Shown: positions 29,080-37,065 of the stretch, one piece after another | Numbering within the stretch: the first letter of the stretch is position 1 | Layout of the letters: each line of letters starts with the position of its first letter | Virus record (IMG/VR): IMGVR_UViG_3300010222_000169 | Reading direction: 5' to 3' (one strand) | Length of the DNA stretch: 64,000 bases | Origin: a virus | The notes under the pieces: model-generated | What the model was told of the DNA's origin: nothing | What the model saw: only the letters and a program-made list of their open reading frames with translations | The model's database searches: none | Position numbers and translations under genes: made by a program

Positions 29080-29080
29080 G

Positions 29081-29827
29081 CTATCCACCCCCGCCGCTGC
29101 TGTTCCCGTCGCCGTCGCCGCCCGTCGCCCAGTCGGCGATGTCGCCGGCGAAGTTGCCGAGTGTCTCGCCGATGTTCCGGAGCCCGGCGTCGGTACTTTC
29201 GGGTGGATTAAACGTCCCCTGTGTCGCACCGACGCTCGCGGCCTCCCCGCTCACGATCTGAGCACCCCCACCACTACCCTCGCCGGAGGCACCACTTGTG
29301 CCGGAATCGGATTGGACGAGCGACGACTGTCCCTCGCCACCCGCGGACCCGGTGGCCTTGCCGTCGGCCGTGATCGCTTGGACGCTCGTGGTGCCGGTCT
29401 CCGCGAGGAACACCTGCTGCCACGAGACTTCGACGCCAAACTTGTCGACGAACTGTCCCTGCCGCGTCCGGGAGACATCGTCGACGAAACACTCGGCGAC
29501 ACGGCCCTCCGGCGTGGTGATCGAAACGGGTTCCTGGCGACGGTAGAGGTCTTTGAGCGCACCGAGGCCATCCGAGTTGACCGCGCCGGTGAGCGTGCCC
29601 GATTCGGGCGTGAGGACGTTGCGCCCTGAGACCTCGTACCCGCCTTCGAGCGGCTCTTGTGGGACGTCTTGACCGCCGGACTGTTCCGCTTCGACTGTCC
29701 ACAACTCCACACCCCCAATAAGGACTGGACCCCCGCCACTGAAGTTCGGATTCGTGATGCGGCGCACACCGAGAGCACCGCCACCACTACCACCACCGCC
29801 ACCACCACTACTTGGAGTGTTGGCCAC
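29081..29827 (-). CDS. Tail tube initiator/Dit-like protein
   Basis: Immediately after tape measure; VPQEPLEGG..V; Gly-rich ends. Confidence 0.65.
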   Translation of the reverse strand: MANTPSSGGGGGGSGGGALGVRRITNPNFSGGGPVLIGGVELWTVEAEQSGGQDVPQEPLEGGYEVSGRNVLTPESGTLTGAVNSDGLGALKDLYRRQEPVSITTPEGRVAECFVDDVSRTRQGQFVDKFGVEVSWQQVFLAETGTTSVQAITADGKATGSAGGEGQSSLVQSDSGTSGASGEGSGGGAQIVSGEAASVGATQGTFNPPESTDAGLRNIGETLGNFAGDIADWATGGDGDGNSSGGGG

Positions 29828-29830
29828 GGG

Positions 29831-32800
29831 TTAACTCCCCCTGTTTGAGCCGGTTTCGTCGTCGTAGCGGGTGAACCATCTGGACACCTCGTCGAGGATC
29901 TCGTCGCCCGCCTCGTTCATCATCGCCCGGATCTCCTCGGTGGACGGGCCGCCATCGCCACTACCGCCAGGCGGCTCTTCGAACGTGATGTGCTGTTCAA
30001 GATTCACCTCGATCGGCCGCCGGCGCGTATGCTGCTGCTGTTCTGTCTGCTGTCGGTCGATGTCCTCAACCGGTACCGGTGACGTCCCGGTATTGGATTT
30101 CGGGACGACTGGATCCAGCGACGGCGTCGGCGGGGCATCCGGAGCGGGAGTGCTCGGCGTTCCGATCGTCTCGGGACGGGCTGGCTGGTCGACGGTCGTG
30201 GCGGCGGATGGCTGGGCGATACGTCCGGCACCGACGGCGGCTGTGGTCCCGCCAGCACCGCCGGCCGGACCCCGTGGTCCGACAGGTCCCTGCGGGCCCT
30301 GTGATCCGATCGGAACGGCTGGATCCGATCGTCCGATCACCCGTTGCTCGATACTCTCCGCTTCGGTCGGGCGGACCGCTGCTGTCATGGTCTCGAACCC
30401 ACCGGGTGGTGTGGGCGGTTCGAGGCGGCGGTCGGCGACGCGTTGCTCAACCGCCTGCTGTCGTTGCTCAGTGCCGAGCGGAAACCCCGGAAGCTTGACC
30501 CCGACCGTGTCTTCGACCGTTTCGATGGCCACACCGGCGGCCTCGCGGATCGTCGTTTCGCCACCGGGAAGCGAGAGGTCACCGATCCGTGTGGCGAGCG
30601 ATCTCGCGCCGGCTTCGAGTTCCGACCGAGCGCGGACGGCCTGCGAGACGACGCCGGAGAGCGGCGAGACATCGGCGAGCACGTCCCGAGTGTCGGAGAG
30701 ATCCGGCCCCTCGGCAAGCACGAGTTTGACGGGGAGTGCCAGCGGCGCGATCTCGTCGACCTGCGCGCGTAGCGAGCGCACGTCGACCCGTGCGTCCACG
30801 CTTGCGGCAGGGGTCTGGGATGTCGAGACGCCCGGCGCGGCGGGCTGGGCGACCGCCGGCGCATCGATAGGAGCAACCGACGGCGACGGGAGAGCCTCGG
30901 GCAGCGCCCCAACAGCAGCGCTCGCCAGCGCGCTGGCCGCACTTCCCGCCTCGCCCGTGTTCGCCCGGATGCCCTGCGCGAAGGTATGCACGAGACCGGG
31001 GCCGGACTGGTCGAGCGCTGCCAGCGGGCCGACTTCGGCGGGAGAGGACGGCATCCGCTTGTCGGTCTCGCCCGCCACATCGCTGGCGGCCGCGCCGGCC
31101 TCGTCCTTGTTGGCGCGCATCCCCTCCGCCAGCGACGCCACCGCACCTTCACCCTTGTCATAGAGGTTGAGAGCCTGACTCAACAGCGGGACATCCTCCG
31201 GGTCCGGCAGCTCGGGAACCTTGTTGAGTAACCACTGGACGCCGTCTTGGACGAGACCGATCGGGTCGGTGAGCGCACGGAAGCCGAGCTCGGCCGCGCC
31301 GGTCCAGTCGACGAGGCCGACGCCGGGGATCGAGCCGAGCAGTCGCTGGGCCGTCTCGGCAGGATGGAGCAGTGCGTCGACACCGCCACGAAGCGCGTCC
31401 GCTCCACCTGCCGCGTCGAACAGCCATGCCGCGAACCCGAGGCCTGGGAACGCCAGCAAGGCTGCCTTCGCCGCATTCGCCGGTGTGAGCAGTCCGACGA
31501 TCTGCGAGCCGAGCCACCCGGCCCCTTCGGCCATCCAGTTCAGCGCGCCTGCCCCCGTGGCGGCGATTCCCTCGAGTCCGCCGAGCGGGCCAAGCAGCCC
31601 CGTGACCGCCCCGACGGTCGAGTCGATCGCTCCGTCTAAAACGGGGAGGCCGAGCGCGTCACCCGCGATGATCGCAGTGATGCCGAGCGCGAGCAGGCCG
31701 AGCGGGCCGAGCGCGGCCCACAGTGTGGAGGCCGCACCTGCCGCGAGGCCGAGTGCACCTGAGAGGGTGGTGCTCGCACCTGAGAGGGCGTACGCCCCTG
31801 CTGCGCTCGCGTAGGCCGCCGTCTGACCCGCATAGTAGGAGGCCGTGAGCCCAATCTGAGCGCCCCGCGCTCGGACGGCCGCGAGCGTCGAGGAGTTCCG
31901 GGCGGTCGTGAGCGCCCACTCCGCGCCGGCCGTCGCGTAGCCGGCTGCCTGGCCAGCACTACGAGCACCGGTCAGCAGCCATGACTTCGCCGTCGCCGCC
32001 GTGGATGCCGCTGCCGACCGCCAGTACGACGCCGAGAGAGCGTTCTGGGCTCCTGCCGAGGCGAGTGTCGCCCCCTCGGAAGCGAGCTGTGCGCCCCGCA
32101 GTGCGTAGGTGCGAGCGATCGCGATCCCCGCGAGAGTTGTCATCGTCGCGAGCGTGCCCGTCAGCAGCGCGAGACCCGTGCCGAGCGCCCGCGCCGCCCA
32201 CTCGTTTTCGGAGAGGGCGTCTGTCATCCCCATCAGCACTTCAAGTGCGGGTGTCAGGACCGGCTTCACACCCTCGAACATCGAGAACGTAATGCCTTCG
32301 AGCGACCCCTTGATGTACTCGATCCGCCCCCCGAGCGTATCCATTTGGGCTTCGGTGAGTCCACCGGTGGTCTGAGCACGCTCCAGTTCCTCGTTCAGCG
32401 CCTGCAGGTCCGTTCCGCTCTCCATCTCGAAGGCTAACTGTTGGGCCGTTCCGCTCTCAACATCGAGAGCGGTTTCGATTTGGGTCGTGAGTTCCTCCTC
32501 GCTGAGTTGCTCCGACAGCCCTCGGAGCTGTCGCAGCGCGCCCATCTGATCCATGCCTGCCTCAAGCTGGAAAGTGGCAGCCATGCCCTCTTGCTGGGCG
32601 ATCTGCTGGAGTTCTTGATTGCGCTCGCGGAGTGCTTCGTTGTCGAGTTCCGAGAGCCGATCCATCGCGCCCCCGAGCTGGGAGGCCTGGACGGCTAGCC
32701 GCTTGGTCTGCGCTTCACCCTTCGCCGCGGCATCGGCGAGTTCGAGCGCGGCCGGCGCGGCTCGCAGCCCGAAGATGTCGGCCATCGCCGCGATGCGTTC

Positions 32801-33682
32801 CTGTTCGGAGGCCCCTTCGAGACGCTCGCCGAGCATCTCGAAGATCTCCATCATGTCGCGCATGTTCCCCTCGGAATCGGTGAAATCCGATACGGAGACC
32901 CCGAGGGCCAACATACGTTTCTTCGCTTCTTCGGTTGGATCAGTCAACCGCGACACCGATCGTCGCAGCGCAGTCCCCGCTTTCGACCCGCGAATACCGG
33001 AATCACCGAGGACGCCGATGAACGTGTTGAGCGTGGCGACGTCCTGACCCGCCACGGCGAACTGCGTGCCCGCGTACTGTGCCGATTGTCCGAGTTCGTC
33101 GAGCGTGATCGCCGAGTTGGCGAAGACGCCGGCGGCGGAGTCGGTGATGGCAGCGGTCTTGTCGGCTTCGTATCCGAACTGGTTGAGCATCGACGCCGAC
33201 AGTCGGGCACTATCCGCGACCGTGAGATTGGATGCGGCCGCGAGCTGCGCGGTCGGGGCGAGCGACCCGAGCATCTCCTCGGTGTTCTGGCCTGCAAACG
33301 AGAGTTCCTTCGCGGCGGCGGTCGCATCACGGAGGCCGATTGGCAGCTCCGTGTTGACCCGCTGGACCTCCTCTCGCATCGCGGCCATCTGGCTTTCGGT
33401 CGCGCCGCTCGTCTCCTCAATCACCGCCAACTGCTTTTCGGCCGCCGTACCGGATTGGACGACTTGGAGGAGACCGTATCCGACAGCGGCCGCCCCAGCG
33501 GCAAGTGCGGTGAATGACCCTCGGAGTCGCGAGGCGCTCCGGTCAGTGCGTTCGAGGGCCTCTTCGGCCCCCTGTGCCTGCCCCCGCGCTGCCATCATAT
33601 CGCGAGCGAACGGCGTCGTGTTTGCTCGGAGTAGAAGATGCAGGCCGCCGACCTGACCCCCGCCGCCACCTCCAGTGCTCAC
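29831..33682 (-). CDS. Tail tape measure protein
   Basis: 1283 aa; TP901-like core (SGATESQM, GIRGSKAGTALR), Ala-rich helical region. Confidence 0.93.
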   Translation of the reverse strand: MSTGGGGGGQVGGLHLLLRANTTPFARDMMAARGQAQGAEEALERTDRSASRLRGSFTALAAGAAAVGYGLLQVVQSGTAAEKQLAVIEETSGATESQMAAMREEVQRVNTELPIGLRDATAAAKELSFAGQNTEEMLGSLAPTAQLAAASNLTVADSARLSASMLNQFGYEADKTAAITDSAAGVFANSAITLDELGQSAQYAGTQFAVAGQDVATLNTFIGVLGDSGIRGSKAGTALRRSVSRLTDPTEEAKKRMLALGVSVSDFTDSEGNMRDMMEIFEMLGERLEGASEQERIAAMADIFGLRAAPAALELADAAAKGEAQTKRLAVQASQLGGAMDRLSELDNEALRERNQELQQIAQQEGMAATFQLEAGMDQMGALRQLRGLSEQLSEEELTTQIETALDVESGTAQQLAFEMESGTDLQALNEELERAQTTGGLTEAQMDTLGGRIEYIKGSLEGITFSMFEGVKPVLTPALEVLMGMTDALSENEWAARALGTGLALLTGTLATMTTLAGIAIARTYALRGAQLASEGATLASAGAQNALSASYWRSAAASTAATAKSWLLTGARSAGQAAGYATAGAEWALTTARNSSTLAAVRARGAQIGLTASYYAGQTAAYASAAGAYALSGASTTLSGALGLAAGAASTLWAALGPLGLLALGITAIIAGDALGLPVLDGAIDSTVGAVTGLLGPLGGLEGIAATGAGALNWMAEGAGWLGSQIVGLLTPANAAKAALLAFPGLGFAAWLFDAAGGADALRGGVDALLHPAETAQRLLGSIPGVGLVDWTGAAELGFRALTDPIGLVQDGVQWLLNKVPELPDPEDVPLLSQALNLYDKGEGAVASLAEGMRANKDEAGAAASDVAGETDKRMPSSPAEVGPLAALDQSGPGLVHTFAQGIRANTGEAGSAASALASAAVGALPEALPSPSVAPIDAPAVAQPAAPGVSTSQTPAASVDARVDVRSLRAQVDEIAPLALPVKLVLAEGPDLSDTRDVLADVSPLSGVVSQAVRARSELEAGARSLATRIGDLSLPGGETTIREAAGVAIETVEDTVGVKLPGFPLGTEQRQQAVEQRVADRRLEPPTPPGGFETMTAAVRPTEAESIEQRVIGRSDPAVPIGSQGPQGPVGPRGPAGGAGGTTAAVGAGRIAQPSAATTVDQPARPETIGTPSTPAPDAPPTPSLDPVVPKSNTGTSPVPVEDIDRQQTEQQQHTRRRPIEVNLEQHITFEEPPGGSGDGGPSTEEIRAMMNEAGDEILDEVSRWFTRYDDETGSNRGS

Positions 33683-33745
33683 CCTCTACCACTCCATTCG
33701 AGCCACCCACTCAGTGCTTTTATGCTAGGAGAATATACGCAAGTC

Positions 33746-34213
33746 ATGAGTGACATGAAAGTATACCGGAGGGAAATGGTCCGAGGCATGGGAGTTCTGG
33801 CTGTAGGGTTGGTGGGGTTCTCTGCTGGGTGTCTGGGTAGTGGGGATGAGAGTGAGAGCATTGGTCCGGTCTATGAATCAGGGAGTATCGGATCCGCAGG
33901 CGACGGTGATGGAGGAACGAACCCACTGTTTGGTTCCGGCAATCTCGAACTACTCGGGGCCGTTCTCTCGAGGGAAAATGGTGTGGTAGCTGTCCGAGGC
34001 AGAGTGAAAAACATCAGCAGAACCACGATGGGGAACGTCCGCACCGAAGTACAGTTCCTCAACGAAAACGAAGCTGTGATCGAGCAAAGTTTGGACGTTG
34101 TCCAAGATCTAGCCAGCGACCAAGTGTGGAAATTCGAGGTGCCCTATCCCGGCAGCGAACCCGAGACAGTCGCTGCGGCGACAATAACCGATATCATCAA
34201 TTACTCCGGCTAG
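33746..34213 (+). CDS. Tat lipoprotein with FxLYD-like domain, antisense to tail operon
   Basis: YRREM...SAGC; VRGRVKN...VQFLNE...LASDQVWKFEV. Confidence 0.8.
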   Translation: MSDMKVYRREMVRGMGVLAVGLVGFSAGCLGSGDESESIGPVYESGSIGSAGDGDGGTNPLFGSGNLELLGAVLSRENGVVAVRGRVKNISRTTMGNVRTEVQFLNENEAVIEQSLDVVQDLASDQVWKFEVPYPGSEPETVAAATITDIINYSG

Positions 34214-34216
34214 TCG

Positions 34217-34693
34217 CTAACCAGAGACTTGTTCGAGGATTCGTGGGTCGATCAACTCCTCTGCGCGGACGAACGATGCGCAGAGGTCGTACAGCGCGGT
34301 GCGTTCGAGCTCGGTCAGGTCTTTCTCGTAGCGCTCACGGGTCAACGGCGGTTTGTCGACCACGGTCGTACACACGGCGAACTCGTTGGCGTTCAGTAGG
34401 CCCCCGACGAGTGCATCCACCGCTGCCTTGGTGTCGGGCTCGCGAAGGACGAACCGCTTCGGTAGCTTGCCGACCGCCGTTTCGACCGTGCCCTCAACGG
34501 CCGGCGGGTCGCCCGCCTCGGTCTCGATGCCTTCGGAGCTGATCGCGTCGAGAACGACCTCGGCCTGAGCCGGGTCGCCATCCCACTCGTCGGCGAGCGC
34601 TGTGTAGTCGGTGCCGTCATCGACCTCATCGAATCGCGTGTCGCCAGCACCGGAGGTGATGTCTCGGCTGTCCGGAGAATCGTTGTCACTCAT
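34217..34693 (-). CDS. Tail assembly-associated hypothetical protein
   Basis: Acidic, coupled, upstream of tape measure. Confidence 0.65.
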   Translation of the reverse strand: MSDNDSPDSRDITSGAGDTRFDEVDDGTDYTALADEWDGDPAQAEVVLDAISSEGIETEAGDPPAVEGTVETAVGKLPKRFVLREPDTKAAVDALVGGLLNANEFAVCTTVVDKPPLTRERYEKDLTELERTALYDLCASFVRAEELIDPRILEQVSG

Positions 34694-35039
34694 CGTTTTC
34701 GAGGGCGTCGAGGTGGTTGCGGATCGCGTCGGGATTGTACGTCCGGTCGCTCTGCTTGACGTGTTGTTTGAACTCGTCGCTCATCCGATCCCAGAGGTCC
34801 TCGGGGATGTTGTCGGGCTTCGCGGTCAGGGACTCGACGCCCATCTCGGCACGGCGTTCGTCGGCGGCGTCCTGCTCGCGCTCTTGGTGGGCGGCGTGCA
34901 TGGCGAGATGGAGACTCACACGATCGTTACCCATCCGGAGGCATTCCTCGAGCGACAGACGGCCTTCGTTGATCTGGAAAACGTAGTAACGTCGACGGCC
35001 GGCGCGTGAGTGAGCGAACCCCTCAACGGAATCGCGGTC
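34686..35039 (-). CDS. +1-frame extension of tail assembly chaperone (gpT-like part)
   Basis: Manual translation shows +1 frame open from 35039 (DRDSVEGFAHSRAGRRRYY...) into the 34686..34934 ORF. Confidence 0.65.
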   Translation of the reverse strand, partial: DRDSVEGFAHSRAGRRRYYVFQINEGRLSLEECLRMGNDRVSLHLAMHAAHQEREQDAADERRAEMGVESLTAKPDNIPEDLWDRMSDEFKQHVKQSDRTYNPDAIRNHLDALENDE

Positions 35040-36294
35040 GAAAGGAGTCCTCGCCGCTCGTGAAGCGGTCCATCTTCTGGCCGAGTTTCTGGCGCTGGAA
35101 CGGGGTCAGCGCCTCCCAGAGTGGCGTGACGGTTACGCCAAGGTCCTCGGCAACCGAGGTGCCACCATCGGCACTCGCGAGAGCGTCGTTGTCGGTCGTC
35201 CCGACGAGACCGTACTTCGCGGCCGTCCCCTGAGTGAGGAGCTCCTTCTTACCGTTCGGACGCTCAATCACGTACAGCTCATCGTACGGGATGTCGTCGA
35301 CGGTCAGGCACATGTCGGCGAGGTGCTCGAAGTACTCCTCGATCTTGCGATCGCGTTCGGGCTTGCCAGCGTCCTGAATCCCCGTGAGAGAATCAGCGGC
35401 GTTTTCGAGCTGCTGGCGGTCATCGGGTTCAGTGATCTCGAAGGGCGTGCCGACATACTCAAAGCGGATCCGTTCGCGCTCGCCCGCCTCGGTCTCGACG
35501 ACACCCTCCTCTTCGGTTTCCCACGGGAACTGATCGTCGTCGTCAACCAGCCCGGTCTCGGCGAGCGTTCGCGACTCGGGTGTGTCGTCCTCGTCGTCCT
35601 CGTCGTCGCGATCGTCGTGGGCGTCGCGATTACTACTGCCGGGAGTCTCGGTCCTGTCAGAGTCCTCGTGCCCGTCAGGTAGCGTCGACGACCCGCCAAC
35701 GGGTGGCGTGGCGTCGGGATCGCTGGCGGTATGCTCAGTCGTCTCAGCGTCGGTATTGTCGCGGGTCTTGCGAGCGTCATTCTGGTTGGCGCTCTCTTCG
35801 GACGACGGACCCGCGCTCGCGCTTGGAGTGCCGCCGCTGGCCGCGTGAACGAGGACGTCGGCCTCGCCCTGTTGGAGTGGTTCGCCGGGCTCCGGTGCGA
35901 GACCGTCGCTCTCTCGGTTGCCGTACTCGGCTTCGAGCGCCGCTTCGTCCAGCACGAGGTCGTGATCGTCACCCTCGGGCGGGGGCGTCTCCGCCGTGGA
36001 GAAGCCACGGATCTCCTTTGCCTCCCGGCGCATCTCGTCGGTGAGGTGAGCGAACCGAACGTCGTGGTCTATCATCCGCGGCGTGATCTCGCCGGGATCG
36101 AGGTCGGCAAGGGCCGCACGTTGGGTGGGCGAGGGGTCCCGCGCAGCGGCTTCCTCCGCGTCCGCGCGCGCCTCCTCATCCATCACGTCGCCGACCGTGA
36201 TTTCGATCTCGTCAGTCGTTCTGGTCCGTGGGCGGGCGTCACCCGCCGGGCGCGTGTCGTCGTGTGGGTTGGGATTGGTCTCGTCGTCGGACAT
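35023..36294 (-). CDS. Tail assembly chaperone (gpG-like) with long acidic N-terminus
   Basis: Between tube and tape measure; frameshift motif at 3' end. Confidence 0.7.
   Translation of the reverse strand: MSDDETNPNPHDDTRPAGDARPRTRTTDEIEITVGDVMDEEARADAEEAAARDPSPTQRAALADLDPGEITPRMIDHDVRFAHLTDEMRREAKEIRGFSTAETPPPEGDDHDLVLDEAALEAEYGNRESDGLAPEPGEPLQQGEADVLVHAASGGTPSASAGPSSEESANQNDARKTRDNTDAETTEHTASDPDATPPVGGSSTLPDGHEDSDRTETPGSSNRDAHDDRDDEDDEDDTPESRTLAETGLVDDDDQFPWETEEEGVVETEAGERERIRFEYVGTPFEITEPDDRQQLENAADSLTGIQDAGKPERDRKIEEYFEHLADMCLTVDDIPYDELYVIERPNGKKELLTQGTAAKYGLVGTTDNDALASADGGTSVAEDLGVTVTPLWEALTPFQRQKLGQKMDRFTSGEDSFRPRFR
35038..35046 (-). other. Putative +1 ribosomal frameshift site TCC-TTT-CGA
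   Basis: 5 codons before the stop of the chaperone ORF; +1 frame continues into next ORF. Confidence 0.65.
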
Positions 36295-36379
36295 GATTCT
36301 GGAATCTCGCTGTTCAAAAGGCTGGAACACGCCGGGACGGTGCGTACTGGGTTCGGCCCCTGACCTTGCGGTTAGGGAG

Positions 36380-36511
36380 GGGGCGGACGGGATTCGAACC
36401 CGCGACTCTAGTTTCCATCAGGAATTTGTTGACACACTCAGAGACGCTTGCACGTGGTGTGTTTCCACCCGAGATTTGTTTGCTCCCTCTGACCTCCTGA
36501 GCTACCGCCCC
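36380..36511 (-). ncRNA. tRNA-like RNA with intact acceptor, D and T arms and anticodon arm replaced by about 75-nt insert
   Basis: GGGGCGG/CCGCCCC 7-bp stem; TAGCTCAGGAGGTCAGAG; GCGGG-TTCGAAT-CCCGT; no canonical anticodon stem-loop found. Confidence 0.8.
36411..36480 (-). repeat. Two 20-nt direct repeats (16/20 identical) around a 30-nt unique segment, inside the tRNA-like element
   Basis: AACAAATCTCGGGTGGAAAC (36480-36461) and AACAAATTCCTGATGGAAAC (36430-36411). Confidence 0.75.
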
Positions 36512-36587
36512 AGATCTGCACAATCGCTCTACTGACCTAAAACCTGAGCCGTCAGCAACGAACCGCCGAGAGGCAACAGTCGGGGCA

Positions 36588-37001
36588 TCACACGGAGGTG
36601 ATATATGCGCCAGTCCACGATCCTGAGATCTCGTAGCCATCGGGGCCGAGGTCGTCCTGAGAGACGTCATCGTACCGGACGCCGATCGCCGCGAACGACC
36701 CACGAGCGTCCTCGGCCGGGAAGCCGAAGTTGACCCCGCCGATCGTCCGCGCGAGGATAGTCGACCACATTCCGGCAGCGGCCGTCGAAGTCGGGAAGAC
36801 CGAAAACTCGCCGGACGGTTCGAGCAACGCGTCGAAGTCGATCGTGTTGTTGTCGACCGTGCGCTCGCGGGTGTACTCGTCCGAGATTTCGATCGAGAAT
36901 GCCGAAAAGTCGTCTATCGGCGTGCCGCCGGGGCCGGTTGCAGTTGCTTCGCTCGCGTCGATACGCTTCGTCTCGCCAGTCGGATTCGGGTTGGTGGACA
37001 T
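36588..37001 (-). CDS. Tail tube protein
   Basis: 137 aa directly after sheath, beta-rich. Confidence 0.75.
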   Translation of the reverse strand: MSTNPNPTGETKRIDASEATATGPGGTPIDDFSAFSIEISDEYTRERTVDNNTIDFDALLEPSGEFSVFPTSTAAAGMWSTILARTIGGVNFGFPAEDARGSFAAIGVRYDDVSQDDLGPDGYEISGSWTGAYITSV

Positions 37002-37065
37002 GGTTGTCTATGAGTATGAGTCGTGTACTGTCGTCGGGGCGGTTGGGGAGTGATACTCCGAGGGG

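Noticed and set aside
36405-36445. Hammerhead ribozyme or box C/D (TIGR-like) motifs from CTGATG, GAAAC and CTGA
   Set aside because: No stem II between CUGAUG and GAAA, no array periodicity, and no Nop-domain protein recognised.
36380-36511. Ordinary tRNA gene with assignable anticodon or canonical intron
   Set aside because: Positions 27-31 and 39-43 do not pair in any register tried, and no clear bulge-helix-bulge was found; reported as tRNA-like instead.
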